Source: a virus (lineage: Duplodnaviria; Caudoviricetes). From it: a stretch of DNA of 64,000 nucleotides. Numbering within the stretch: position 1 is the first letter of the stretch; each line of letters starts with the position of its first letter. Below the pieces are notes generated by a model. That model saw only the letters and a list, made by a program, of their open reading frames with translations, searched no databases and was not told where the DNA came from. The translations under genes and the position numbers were made by a program. The stretch spans positions 6,088 to 70,087 of IMG/VR virus record IMGVR_UViG_3300028914_000074; one strand, given 5' to 3'. Of this stretch, positions 1-9,078 are shown one piece after another.

Positions 1-495
1 AGTTATACCTCTTGCGCCATACCATTTATATTTATCATCGTTTTTATAATGGCATCTGCTTAACATTTTAGACCAAATTCCATGTAATCTAGTATGTGAC
101 ATTCCATGAACACGATTTACATGATCTCCTGCACAACCGCAACTTTTAACAGCACCGCTTTTCAGATTTGACGATTTAACCCATGTCTCCTTTCCACAAT
201 CGCATTTGCAAAGCCAATAAATTGCATTATTTTTTCGTTCCCATCTTATACAAGTAAGTTTATTGAATTTTTGTCCTGTCAAATCAATGAAGCATTTTTC
301 ATGTATTATCTTTTTAAGTTCACATCCGCAAGATTTTGTTAATCCTCTTTTTAGATTGTTTCCTAAAACAATCTTTTTTGTTCCACAATCACAAACACAA
401 TTATAATATTTATCATATTTCTTTTTGTGTGAGAATGATTCCACATACCATTTTCCAAATCTCATTCCTGTTAAATCATTCTTTATTTTCCCCAT
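1..495 (-). CDS. HNH-family homing endonuclease, 5' part (runs off left edge)
   Basis: Hand-translated from ATG at 495: MGKIKNDLTGMRFGKW...CVCDCG...KSCGC...DLTGQKFNKL...CKCDCG...KSCGC...HGMSHTRLHGIW...YGARGIT. Two CDCG/SCGC Cys repeats; same family as 2694..3350. Not in the ORF track because it is truncated. Confidence 0.8.
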   Translation of the reverse strand, partial: MGKIKNDLTGMRFGKWYVESFSHKKKYDKYYNCVCDCGTKKIVLGNNLKRGLTKSCGCELKKIIHEKCFIDLTGQKFNKLTCIRWERKNNAIYWLCKCDCGKETWVKSSNLKSGAVKSCGCAGDHVNRVHGMSHTRLHGIWSKMLSRCHYKNDDKYKWYGARGIT

Positions 496-1342
496 TTTCT
501 ACCTCACTAGGAATAATATCAGCATAAACATCAACAGCCTTTTCCGGCTCATCAGGAACATTGTCAATATATACAGGATTTCCATTTTCATCTTGAACAG
601 CCATATCGTTTTGATATGCAGTTTCCATATCCACGCTCATCATTCCCCACTTAGACACAATCTGCCTAATCATGGTCTTTAGAGCCATAGAATCAAAATC
701 AGTAGTCCAAATAGAAGTAGTCCATCCCTTCTTTTTATCCGTTCTGTATGAAGCAGAATATTTGCTTGCGTGCGCTTCCATCTGATCTTTAGACCAATAA
801 AGTTCCTTTCGGAATCCATTGTTCATTTCAAAATAAGCATAATAGCCAATAACAGGAAGTTGCTTTCTTTTTTCATAATCCGTAATTGCATTAAACACAT
901 ATTCTTCCGTAATTGGATTGATGGATATTAACTCTCCCTCTCTTATGTCACAGGCACTAATCTTCTTATACTGTCCAGATCTCATAGCAAGTTGCAAATA
1001 ACCGCGATAAGAAAGTTGAAACGCAGCTTCCTTTACTTCTACTTCAACAATTCTTCCGCTTTCATCTTTTACCTTTTTTTTGTTCTTAAAAGGTACGAGG
1101 TAAAACATCTGTAATTGTGGAGATTGTGGAAGTTTCAAACTGTGTCCGATAAGTGCTGATGATAAAATACTTGTGTTCGTACATTCTGCCAACTGCGGAT
1201 TAGTCTGTACCGCACTAACCACGGAAGAAATAAAACGCTGTGCTTCCTTTTCTCCGACAACGTTCATCACATTTGCTTTTACTTTCTCACTTGCCAAGAA
1301 TCCGGCAATGCCTTGTTTTTGTGTTGCTAATTCATTTGCCAT
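476..1342 (-). CDS. recT: RecT/Redbeta-family single-strand annealing protein
   Basis: NPQLAECTNTSILS, YLVPFKN, FQLSYRGYLQLAMRSGQY and W..DFDSMALKTMIRQ are RecT hallmarks. Confidence 0.9.
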   Translation of the reverse strand: MANELATQKQGIAGFLASEKVKANVMNVVGEKEAQRFISSVVSAVQTNPQLAECTNTSILSSALIGHSLKLPQSPQLQMFYLVPFKNKKKVKDESGRIVEVEVKEAAFQLSYRGYLQLAMRSGQYKKISACDIREGELISINPITEEYVFNAITDYEKRKQLPVIGYYAYFEMNNGFRKELYWSKDQMEAHASKYSASYRTDKKKGWTTSIWTTDFDSMALKTMIRQIVSKWGMMSVDMETAYQNDMAVQDENGNPVYIDNVPDEPEKAVDVYADIIPSEVENGENKE

Positions 1343-1610
1343 TTAACTTTTCCTCCATTCTTCTTTGTCTTTCTTCTTCAAGTTCCTTCCTGGTTTTCAA
1401 AATAAGCTGTCCTCTGTAGCACCCGTATACTTCACAAATCTTGTCGATATACTTTGAGTTAGGCAAATTTCTGCCTTGTTCCCATTGAATCATGGTTCCC
1501 GTACTAACTCCAATCAATTCAGCCGCCTGATATTGCTTTAAAGTGGTTAGTCTTTTACGTGCTTCACGCAAGGTATATCTGCGTATTTTCTTTGGCTGTT
1601 CCTGTTCCAT
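1332..1610 (-). CDS. XRE/Cro-type HTH regulator
   Basis: LREARKR..LKQYQAAELIGVSTGTMIQWEQGRNLP HTH_3 pattern; RBS GAAAGGAG. Confidence 0.85.
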   Translation of the reverse strand: MEQEQPKKIRRYTLREARKRLTTLKQYQAAELIGVSTGTMIQWEQGRNLPNSKYIDKICEVYGCYRGQLILKTRKELEEERQRRMEEKLNGK

Positions 1611-1644
1611 AAATAGCTCCTTTCCTACAAAATTTTACATTTTT

Positions 1645-1673
1645 ATTATACCAATTTATAGGTATATAGTCAA
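1645..1673 (-). promoter_or_regulatory. sigma-A promoter for XRE-recT operon
   Basis: TTGACT-17nt-TATAAT on minus strand. Confidence 0.8.
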
Positions 1674-1695
1674 CTAGAAAAATACAATTTTATAT

Positions 1696-1724
1696 AAAAA
1701 AGAGATGGGTTTTACCCCATCTCT
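1696..1724 (-). terminator. intrinsic terminator ending the low-complexity cassette
   Basis: 9-bp stem AGAGATGGG/CCCATCTCT followed by a U-run on the minus strand. Confidence 0.75.
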
Positions 1725-1734
1725 CTCTTAAAAC

Positions 1735-2217
1735 TTAGGCGTTCTGTAACTGGTTTTTCCAATTACGGATCATATTTCTCTGCTTCTCGTCAGTAGCGTT
1801 CTGTTCCATGCGTTCAAGTTCGCTTACCATGTGTTCTTTGGAATCCTCACGGCCATAACCGCGCCGACCACCTCTTTCATAGGAATCATAACTACCGCGA
1901 TAATCATAAGAACCGCCATCATACGAACCGCGCCCGGAATAGCCACCCTCGCTAGAGTATCTACCCATGGAATCGCGCTTTGCATAGCGTCCTCTGCCTC
2001 TTGCGTAAGAAGAACCATCATCGTACATATAGTACGGCATCATTTCTGAATAGCCTTCTTCTCCAGCTTCTCTCATGGCACAAATAGTCTCAATGTCTTT
2101 GATAATGTCAACCACTTTGTCCATGATTTCAAGGTTATTGGAAGTCAGTTCGCGCTTGTTTGCAATCTGCCCAAGTTCTTTTTCAAGCATATCCTTGATT
2201 TCATAATATACTTTCAT
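1735..2217 (-). CDS. hypothetical protein with RGG/SYD-rich low-complexity core
   Basis: 160 aa; helical N-terminus, then YARGRGRYAKRDSMGRYSSEGGYSGRGSYDGGSYD. Confidence 0.75.
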   Translation of the reverse strand: MKVYYEIKDMLEKELGQIANKRELTSNNLEIMDKVVDIIKDIETICAMREAGEEGYSEMMPYYMYDDGSSYARGRGRYAKRDSMGRYSSEGGYSGRGSYDGGSYDYRGSYDSYERGGRRGYGREDSKEHMVSELERMEQNATDEKQRNMIRNWKNQLQNA

Positions 2218-2233
2218 TGCGTTTTCCTCCTTT

Positions 2234-2713
2234 CTAGGCTATTCTTGCAACTGTTAAATTTGCATTTTGAACAAGTATCTGTGGTGCAGGAGTTGTTGCA
2301 GGAGTAGCACTTTCAGAAGTGTTCTCTACGCTTATATTAAAGCAACATCCTTTAGGCACAGATATAATTGCTGTTGAAGTGACATTAAAGAAGTTCTCCT
2401 GTGTTGGTGGGTCTGTTGCTGTTGCTGCAGGAGTAACGATTGCTCTACTTGTTAAAATAGGTTCACCGTCAATAGCCAATGCAACGCTAATAGCACCAAC
2501 AGTACCGCCATCTGGAATAGCAATATTTCCGTTAAATGCCACTTGATACCTAGCAAAACAACCACAGTTACAATTTACAATGCCACGGAGAGTTACAATA
2601 CCACTTCCAGGTCTGTGGTATACATATCCTTTGTTACACCCAATAGTTGTGTTGAGTGTAACAGGTTGGTTTGGACTTACTAATTGAACAGAATTATTTG
2701 TGTATTCCGCCAT
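2234..2713 (-). CDS. hypothetical beta-rich protein (BclA-C/TNF-like fold suspected)
   Basis: 159 aa; alternating hydrophobic beta pattern, Cys pairs (CNCGC, GCC); RBS AGGAGG. Fold call is inference. Confidence 0.6.
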   Translation of the reverse strand: MAEYTNNSVQLVSPNQPVTLNTTIGCNKGYVYHRPGSGIVTLRGIVNCNCGCFARYQVAFNGNIAIPDGGTVGAISVALAIDGEPILTSRAIVTPAATATDPPTQENFFNVTSTAIISVPKGCCFNISVENTSESATPATTPAPQILVQNANLTVARIA

Positions 2714-3350
2714 TATTTATGTTGCGTTTCTCGATATGTTTCGGTTCAGTTATTGCCTTTTCAAAAGACCAACCTAATTTGTAAATACGATTATGAATAA
2801 ACTTAAAAGGCAAATCAAGTCTTTTACACCAATCAGTAAGATTGTGGGTTTCTCCTTTGTATTCTATAATGTATGAACTTCTTCTGTTTGCAGATTGTCT
2901 GTTGAGTGGAATCCATGTGCAATTACTTGGCTCATAATTTCCATTAACATCATTTCTTTCAATAGATAATTCATCTGAATATCCATTTTTTAAAGCCCAA
3001 TTCATAAAAGAAACAAAAGAATTTTTCCAATCATCACACATTGTTATGCCTCTTCCACCATAATTTTTGTATGAATCTTCTTTATTGTTATAACATCTGC
3101 TTTTAATGGAATACCATTCACGATATAGTCTTGTATTTGACATATTGTGAATTAAGTGTTTCGGTTCTTTATTTTTACACCCACAACTTTTAACAGAGCC
3201 ATTTTTTAAATTTTTACCTCTTACTTTAGTTGTGTTACCACAATCGCAAATGCACTCCCAAACAGTAACTCCGCCTTTTGCGTTTTCTAATCTCTTTACA
3301 ACAACTAAGTTATTGTATCTGTTACCGATAATATCAATTAGTTTGCTCAT
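2694..3350 (-). CDS. free-standing HNH homing endonuclease
   Basis: WECICDCG..KSCGC, NYGGRGITMCDDW, LSIERNDVNGNYEPSNCTW; own promoter TTGACT-17-CATAAT at 3386-3414. Confidence 0.85.
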   Translation of the reverse strand: MSKLIDIIGNRYNNLVVVKRLENAKGGVTVWECICDCGNTTKVRGKNLKNGSVKSCGCKNKEPKHLIHNMSNTRLYREWYSIKSRCYNNKEDSYKNYGGRGITMCDDWKNSFVSFMNWALKNGYSDELSIERNDVNGNYEPSNCTWIPLNRQSANRRSSYIIEYKGETHNLTDWCKRLDLPFKFIHNRIYKLGWSFEKAITEPKHIEKRNINNGGIHK

Positions 3351-3466
3351 AGTTTAAACCTCCATACGGTTTGTACTTAATTTACATTATGCCATAAACT
3401 GTTATGAAAGTCAACTTGCAACAAACAAACGCTCTCCTTTCTTAATAAACTCTTTTTGTAGCAATC

Positions 3467-4369
3467 CTAGAAGTTATTTCCGCAACCACAACCGCATCCG
3501 TTGTTGTTACATTGGAAAATCGGTGTGCGTCCATATACAGGAGTGCTAGGAACAGGGCAATTAGAAAGACGGTTATATAACTGGTCTACCTCATTGCTGA
3601 ATCCCTGTGCGATAAACGCATTTTGTGCTGTCTGAGAAGCCGCCAAATCCTTCATTGCGATAGTCTGACGAAGGTTAGCAATTTCATCATTCTTAGCGTC
3701 AATCTTATCCTGGCAAAGCTGATCCTTAATGCTCTGAATGCCACCATTGATAACATTAAGAATGCTCTGAGTATTCTGCGTATCATTAGTGCGAGTAGCA
3801 CAAGCTTCTCTTGCAATGTCAGAACCAAGGTTAGCAATTCCAAGACGATTATCCGCGCTTGCCTGTGCAAGTTGACCCTGAATGCCGTTAAATCCTTGAA
3901 GTGTTGCAATCTGACCGCTATATGCCTGTTGCATATTAGCAATCTGGTTTCCGTAAAGCTGCTGAGCGATTGCGTTTTGAGCATTGTTCACGGACATATT
4001 CACGCCGTTAAAGCCATTGCAAAGCTGCGTAGAAATGTTTCCGCAACAATCGCAAAGCTGAGTGGAAAGATTTGCAATTCGATCATTCGTGGACGCAATC
4101 GTTGTCTGCAACATCTGATCCCTGAACCCGTCATTGGTATTGTTGGAAATCTGTTGCTGACCCGTCAGAAGCCAAGGAAACTCAAACATATTTCCAAAAC
4201 CTCCTCCGAAACCGCCCATGCCGCCCCAACCGCCAAGGCCGCCGCAAGCGAACAAAATGATAATGATAAGCCAAATATCACTACTCCAACCACCAAAACC
4301 ACCCATGCCACCGCCAAAACCGCCATACATGGGCTGAACGGGCATAGTTAAACTCGTAGAATCGTTCAT
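3467..4369 (-). CDS. Gly-rich/Gln-Asn-rich coiled-coil protein with Cys-rich C-terminus
   Basis: Start moved to MNDSTSL after RBS GAAAGG; GGFGGW repeats, QLCDCC, C-terminal CNNNGCGCGCG. Confidence 0.7.
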   Translation of the reverse strand: MNDSTSLTMPVQPMYGGFGGGMGGFGGWSSDIWLIIIILFACGGLGGWGGMGGFGGGFGNMFEFPWLLTGQQQISNNTNDGFRDQMLQTTIASTNDRIANLSTQLCDCCGNISTQLCNGFNGVNMSVNNAQNAIAQQLYGNQIANMQQAYSGQIATLQGFNGIQGQLAQASADNRLGIANLGSDIAREACATRTNDTQNTQSILNVINGGIQSIKDQLCQDKIDAKNDEIANLRQTIAMKDLAASQTAQNAFIAQGFSNEVDQLYNRLSNCPVPSTPVYGRTPIFQCNNNGCGCGCGNNF

Positions 4370-4448
4370 AATTTTTTCCTTTCTGCCTTTACAGGCTATT
4401 AAATTTATACTTCTTACCTTGCGCAATGGTATTAGTACCTTAGATGGA

Positions 4449-4474
4449 AAAACGCACCCGTAAAAAGTGCGTTT
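4449..4474 (-). terminator. hairpin between cassette genes
   Basis: AAACGCAC...GTGCGTTT inverted repeat. Confidence 0.45.
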
Positions 4475-4540
4475 CTTGTTTAACTCTTGTTTAACTCTTG
4501 TTTAACTCTTGTTTAACTCTTGTTTAACTCTTGTTTAATT
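4475..4540. repeat. 11-bp tandem repeat (CTTGTTTAACT) x6
   Basis: Five perfect copies from 4475 plus one variant (CTTGTTTAATT); overlaps the stop codon of 4524..4814. Confidence 0.95.
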
Positions 4541-4814
4541 CATTTTGCACTTGCGGAACCATTGTTTGATAAGCCTGTTGCACTTGCTGTTGTGGCATTG
4601 TTCCAGATTGCATAAGATATTGGCCTATCATCTGCGGATTTCCGTTAAATTTCTTGATTTCCTCATACTGTTGCTGATTGATTTTTCCGTTCTGAATGAG
4701 CATATCCGCAAGCATATTAGGATTTTGTTGTGCCTGTTTTATGGTTTGAATAATCCGCATCATTCCATTCATGCCACCATTCATGCCACCCATCATTCCA
4801 AATAAAGGATTCAT
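4524..4814 (-). CDS. Met/Gln/Gly-rich small protein
   Basis: MNPLFGMMGGMNGGMNGMM...QQQVQQ. Confidence 0.75.
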   Translation of the reverse strand: MNPLFGMMGGMNGGMNGMMRIIQTIKQAQQNPNMLADMLIQNGKINQQQYEEIKKFNGNPQMIGQYLMQSGTMPQQQVQQAYQTMVPQVQNELNKS

Positions 4815-4817
4815 AGT

Positions 4818-5312
4818 TTATTCCTCCGATTTCTTCCTGGTTGAAGGTTTCAAAGTAATTTCAGAAAGTTTCTTTTCAACCTCATTCTTGACAAGTTTTT
4901 CAACGATGGATTCTATTTCTTCTTGCCGGACAAAATCTTTCAAATCAACTTGTGGATTTGGAGTATCGTCAACCTTGACAAGTTGGTACTTTTCCATAGG
5001 CTCTAATTTCCCGTCAAGACCTCTTTTCTTTTTGTAGACAAACGGATTGTCCATATCCATAAGGATAACTTCTTGCCCGTTTTCTGTTTGATACATATTA
5101 GCCGCCAATTCACCTTGCACAACATCGAATTTTGGGCTAGAAACGGCTTGTTGCGTCTGCATTGGTAAATTGTTCGTCTGTTGCATTTGGGGCTGAATTT
5201 GGGGCGAATAAACGCTTTGTTGTGAATATTGCTGTTGATTGTATTGCTGTTGATATTGTGGATATTGTGGATAATATGGCTGATAAGAATTTTGAAAAGT
5301 GCTATATGGCAT
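4818..5312 (-). CDS. Gln/Tyr/Pro-rich N-terminal low-complexity protein
   Basis: YQPYYPQYPQYQQQYNQQQY followed by globular VVQGE...LMDMDNPFVYKK domain; RBS AGGAGG. Confidence 0.75.
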   Translation of the reverse strand: MPYSTFQNSYQPYYPQYPQYQQQYNQQQYSQQSVYSPQIQPQMQQTNNLPMQTQQAVSSPKFDVVQGELAANMYQTENGQEVILMDMDNPFVYKKKRGLDGKLEPMEKYQLVKVDDTPNPQVDLKDFVRQEEIESIVEKLVKNEVEKKLSEITLKPSTRKKSEE

Positions 5313-5322
5313 ATGCTACCTC

Positions 5323-5700
5323 CTAATCTCTTGAATAGTAAAAAATCGGGCATTCATTTGAAGAATCCCAAGCATCGAAAACGGTTCCTTGAATAACACT
5401 AACGGCATGGCTGCCCGTTCCAAGAACGTAAACACCTTCTGGATGGTCTGCCGCAAAATCACCTATTGTATAGCAATCAGGTTTTGAATTTTCTATTGTA
5501 TGGCGAATAAAACCATTGTTTTTAAGATATGCTCCCCATACGCTATCAGCATTCAAGATTTCACTCATAAGAAATCCTTGCAAAGCAAGTCCTATATAAG
5601 TTTTTTGCCAATTTTCATCAGTAGCTAATGAAACAGCCCTGACTACACAATCGCCAGTCATTTTCCCGGATGGATTATTATTAAAATATTGATACGCCAT
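5323..5700 (-). CDS. hypothetical protein, possible Cys-His peptidase-like fold
   Basis: GDCVVRA ... GSHAVSV ... DAWDS motif spacing; activity is inference. Confidence 0.6.
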   Translation of the reverse strand: MAYQYFNNNPSGKMTGDCVVRAVSLATDENWQKTYIGLALQGFLMSEILNADSVWGAYLKNNGFIRHTIENSKPDCYTIGDFAADHPEGVYVLGTGSHAVSVIQGTVFDAWDSSNECPIFYYSRD

Positions 5701-5807
5701 AGATAAATACCTCTCTTTGATTCAATTATCTAACAGATAAGAGGTATTCAAAATAAACATAAGATATGATTAAGATATGATTTTAGGCAATAAAAAAAGA
5801 CGGTGCA

Positions 5808-6005
5808 TTAAGCACCGCCATCTAATTCTTCCATGATCTTTTCACATAGCCATTCTTTCTTTGACTTAAATTGTCTGTCAAGTTTTCTCGATAGCCTGTC
5901 AAACAATTCTGCCGGAATGGTAGTGTTAAATTGTTTCATTCCTTTCTTTTTTCGATATTCCTTTTGGTAGTTTGACCTACTTTCTACATTGTTTTCATTT
6001 TCCAT
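5808..6005 (-). CDS. small putative DNA-binding (RHH-like) protein
   Basis: KQFNTTIPAELFDRLSRKL...SKKEWL. Confidence 0.55.
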   Translation of the reverse strand: MENENNVESRSNYQKEYRKKKGMKQFNTTIPAELFDRLSRKLDRQFKSKKEWLCEKIMEELDGGA

Positions 6006-6014
6006 GTTTACCTC

Positions 6015-6197
6015 CTACTTACTGGGCTTTGCTGCTGAAGCAATGCTTTTCAGAATACTAATTACGATCCATATGCCGATTGCCAATTTCCATGTAAAAG
6101 TAAACCCAAAACAGATGGAAAGAATCTTTACGGCAAAGGCTGTAATCAAAAAACTAAATGCTTCAAAAATAAGAAACGCTATAATAACATATTTCAT
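6015..6197 (-). CDS. small membrane protein
   Basis: Two hydrophobic segments; RBS AGAGG. Confidence 0.55.
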   Translation of the reverse strand: MKYVIIAFLIFEAFSFLITAFAVKILSICFGFTFTWKLAIGIWIVISILKSIASAAKPSK

Positions 6198-6209
6198 TTT
6201 GTTCCTCCT

Positions 6210-6416
6210 CTAGTCGATAAGATTTACGTTGTATATGTCTGAAATTGCATCTTCAATTTTGTTCGTATAGCCGACTATTCCTTCCCACGTTAAGAATCTG
6301 TCTAAAATCTCATGCCGTCCAAGAGCTTCTATGAATTTATCCTGACTTGTATCATCAGGTTCTAATCCCATGTTCTCTCTTACGTTTCGCATTACTCTTT
6401 CTGAATACTTTGCCAT
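6210..6416 (-). CDS. hypothetical protein
   Basis: Start MAKYSERV after AAGGAG. Confidence 0.6.
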   Translation of the reverse strand: MAKYSERVMRNVRENMGLEPDDTSQDKFIEALGRHEILDRFLTWEGIVGYTNKIEDAISDIYNVNLID

Positions 6417-6417
6417 T

Positions 6418-6744
6418 TTATTTCTCCTTATCTTCAAAAATTTCAATTATTTTAGTTGCCTGGTCAAAAGTAAGATTATTTAGGTTATAATTTTTCATGA
6501 GTTGATATGTTTTACTTATTGTTTGTCTTTGTTTAATTTTTTCAGCGTGTTCTTCTGTCACATAAGTAATATGTGACCTACTCCAAACATCACTACCAAT
6601 TTCCCAACCATATTTGTCGTAATATTGACCTTCAACACGGATTCTCCCAGTAGGAGTTATTCTCTCGACCTTCGCAATTTTTTCACTCAATCGGCCTGAA
6701 ACTATAACTTCATCACCTACACTTACATTTAATTCTTCTCGCAT
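6418..6744 (-). CDS. hypothetical protein (SH3/KOW-like beta N-terminus)
   Basis: VGDEVIV...AKVERITPTGRIRVEG; RBS AAGGAG. Confidence 0.6.
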   Translation of the reverse strand: MREELNVSVGDEVIVSGRLSEKIAKVERITPTGRIRVEGQYYDKYGWEIGSDVWSRSHITYVTEEHAEKIKQRQTISKTYQLMKNYNLNNLTFDQATKIIEIFEDKEK

Positions 6745-6967
6745 TACATTCTCCTTTCATTTCATTTACTTCCAACAACTCTAAACCAAACAATCCCATG
6801 TGTTTAGCTTCACATTCGGTGTCTACGATAGTAAACATTTTATTCTCCTTTCCCTAAAAACACATATCCGTTTTCGTTTGCGTATGCCAATGCTTCAATG
6901 ACCGAATCAAAATGTTTCTTGTGTATCTTCCCGTGTTTGTCTAAAAATTGGTACTCCATTATGCCTC

Positions 6968-7258
6968 CTAAAACTTATCCAGATTGAACCGATATAACGG
7001 ATAATCACAAAATCCGCTTCTTCTGATCGTTCCAGTAAATTCACCAAGTCCGTATTCCTTAATAAACCTTTCAGCATCAGGCATATTGTTTGTGTCAACA
7101 TATGCAGTATCAGGCAAAAGTCTTTCACTAAGGTTTACCGTCAGATTCCCATATGGGTCACCATTTCTGCAAGTCAAAAATATTGCCAAGTTACCGTCAT
7201 AATAGCATGACTTGTGGATTGTTACTTCGTATTCTTTTCCAAACTGTTTAATTTTCAT
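6968..7258 (-). CDS. DUF4313-like protein
   Basis: YGNLTVNL, AYVDTNN, SGFCDYPLYRFNL. Confidence 0.7.
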   Translation of the reverse strand: MKIKQFGKEYEVTIHKSCYYDGNLAIFLTCRNGDPYGNLTVNLSERLLPDTAYVDTNNMPDAERFIKEYGLGEFTGTIRRSGFCDYPLYRFNLDKF

Positions 7259-7431
7259 TTAATCTCTCCTTTCAAAAAATGTGTGACAATGACGCTTGCC
7301 ACACTTTGCGCTGCTGATTTGCCCTCAACAGTAAAAGCGTTTTTTAATTTGCTTCCGGCACTCCCTTTACTGTAACAAAAATAGGGGTTCCATCTTCATC
7401 ATATCCAACAAATTCTGTCCATTCGCTCATA

Positions 7432-7737
7432 TTATTTCTCCCTTCTCTTTTTTCTACAAGAAAAACATCTTGCATAAGGTTTCAAATTATTGTTTGCAAG
7501 CCAATCCTTTTCTGATCTTGTAAACATAAATAATTCTCCACAATCTTTGCAAGTTTTAACTTCTAACATATTCGAATTGAGTTGAATGTTATAACCATCG
7601 CAAGATGTTATTGCACTACGCAACTTATCAAACCAAAAAGAAGTACCATCTGGTAATGGATATTGCACTTCCGATACATTTGTATCATAATCAAACCTAT
7701 TTGTTTCCTTGTTAAAAAATACCTTATATCCAAACAT
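7432..7737 (-). CDS. zinc-ribbon domain protein
   Basis: C-terminal CKDCGELFMFT.SEKDW...RCFSCRKKRR; promoter TTGACA-17-TAGTAT at 7769-7797. Confidence 0.7.
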   Translation of the reverse strand: MFGYKVFFNKETNRFDYDTNVSEVQYPLPDGTSFWFDKLRSAITSCDGYNIQLNSNMLEVKTCKDCGELFMFTRSEKDWLANNNLKPYARCFSCRKKRREK

Positions 7738-7836
7738 TGCATTTCTCCTTTCATTTGTTTCTATTAGCATACTAACACATAGGTATATTATTGTCAATAG
7801 ATAACTTTATTTTAAAATAAAAAAAGAGGTCAGGCA

Positions 7837-8055
7837 CTAACCTAACCTCTTAAACAACTTTTCTTGCCGTTTCTTAACTATTGTTTTTACATGAACTGTC
7901 GATAAATCAAATTCTTCCGCAAGTCTTTCATATGTCAATCCGTCAATCAATCTGCGTTTCAGAATCCTTCTGTCTCTTTCCGCATTTCTTCCAACCACGT
8001 ATTCATCTATGAGATTTTCGATTTCAGTACGTGATAAATCTTCTGGATTGAGCAT
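7837..8055 (-). CDS. sigma-70 region-4-like HTH protein
   Basis: RDRRILKRRLIDGLTYERLAEEFDLSTVHVKTIV. Confidence 0.7.
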   Translation of the reverse strand: MLNPEDLSRTEIENLIDEYVVGRNAERDRRILKRRLIDGLTYERLAEEFDLSTVHVKTIVKKRQEKLFKRLG

Positions 8056-8058
8056 ATC

Positions 8059-8181
8059 TTACCTCTTTGGTTTCCGATGATATCCCTTGCCACCGCATAC
8101 ATTGCATTGTACGTTTCCTGACGGAATTTTCTTCTTGCGCTCCTTTGTGGTTGTTGTTTTAGTTACCGTCACTTTCGCCAT
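8059..8181 (-). CDS. 40-aa protein with CxxCxGxG motif
   Basis: Hand-translated MAKVTVTKTTTTKERKKKIPSGNVQCNVCGGKGYHRKPKR; RBS GAGG. Confidence 0.55.
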   Translation of the reverse strand: MAKVTVTKTTTTKERKKKIPSGNVQCNVCGGKGYHRKPKR

Positions 8182-8440
8182 AATTTACCTCGTTTTCATC
8201 ACCGATAAATCCAATGGCATCGCCACCGTCTCCGGCATCTACATCAACTTTTTGCGTGGTTTCCGTAACCACATCTTCAAATTGGCTCTCATAAATCGTC
8301 CATGCCAGGTTACTTCCAACAAGCGCAATGATCAAAACCAAAATCAGAATGAAACTTCTCTTGTTTGCCCGTTCAAGTCTTTCCATATCCGCTTCATGCG
8401 TAAAATACGGAATTTGAACCATTCCTTTTTCGTCTGCCAT
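8159..8440 (-). CDS. single-TM hypothetical protein beside the holin
   Basis: MADEKGMVQ after AAGGAG; TM segment FILILVLIIALVGSNLAW; acidic tail. Confidence 0.6.
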   Translation of the reverse strand: MADEKGMVQIPYFTHEADMERLERANKRSFILILVLIIALVGSNLAWTIYESQFEDVVTETTQKVDVDAGDGGDAIGFIGDENEVNYGESDGN

Positions 8441-8526
8441 AATTGTTTTCTCCTTTTCTTTTTTAATGAAAAGCCGATAAGAGTTTATGCTTATCATTCG
8501 TCTGCTTTTCAATTATGGCATTTCGC

Positions 8527-9027
8527 CTACTTCTCACAAATCTTTTCGATAATGTTTTCCGGCTCTTCTTTCTTTCCGATTCCGTCCTTAATATCTTCGC
8601 CTTTTTTCTCAACAGTTCCCCGGATTCTCTCAACCAATGGCATAAGAAAAGGCGGCATTGGTACTCCAATGTCATTCAAGTTTTCAAGGATGGAAATGAT
8701 CTCGTTCAGGACAAGCCAACACGCTACGATACATCCAACGATAAAAGGCAACTTAACTGGAATGCTTAGGCTGTTAAACATATACTGCAACATAAAGTCA
8801 ACAAATACACCAACTAAAATAAGCAGATACATGAAAACCTTTTTCGCAATTCCAATGATGCCCTTATAACTTGAAACTTGCTCTTTTCTGACGCAAGCTG
8901 CCGTGATTCCCGTGATATAATCAATGACGTTGCATCCGACAAGAATATACACGGGAACGGCTAAAGTTCCAAGCCAACTTGTTACAACGGCAAAGAACGA
9001 TATAAGCCCAATTTTTATTTTTTCCAT
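8527..9027 (-). CDS. phage holin (holin_4_1 / toxin-secretion holin family)
   Basis: DYITGITAA...SSYKGIIGIAKK...NEIISILENLNDIGVPMPPFL. Confidence 0.9.
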   Translation of the reverse strand: MEKIKIGLISFFAVVTSWLGTLAVPVYILVGCNVIDYITGITAACVRKEQVSSYKGIIGIAKKVFMYLLILVGVFVDFMLQYMFNSLSIPVKLPFIVGCIVACWLVLNEIISILENLNDIGVPMPPFLMPLVERIRGTVEKKGEDIKDGIGKKEEPENIIEKICEK

Positions 9028-9049
9028 CAGAAATACCTCTCTTTAACCA

Positions 9050-9078
9050 ATTATAACAAGTTATGCTCAATATTGCAA
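9050..9078 (-). promoter_or_regulatory. promoter upstream of holin
   Basis: TTGCAA-17-TATAAT. Confidence 0.65.

Noticed and set aside
2694-3466. Group I intron housing the HNH
   Set aside because: Flanking genes have complete ends and starts, and the HNH has its own promoter and RBS. No interrupted exon is evident.
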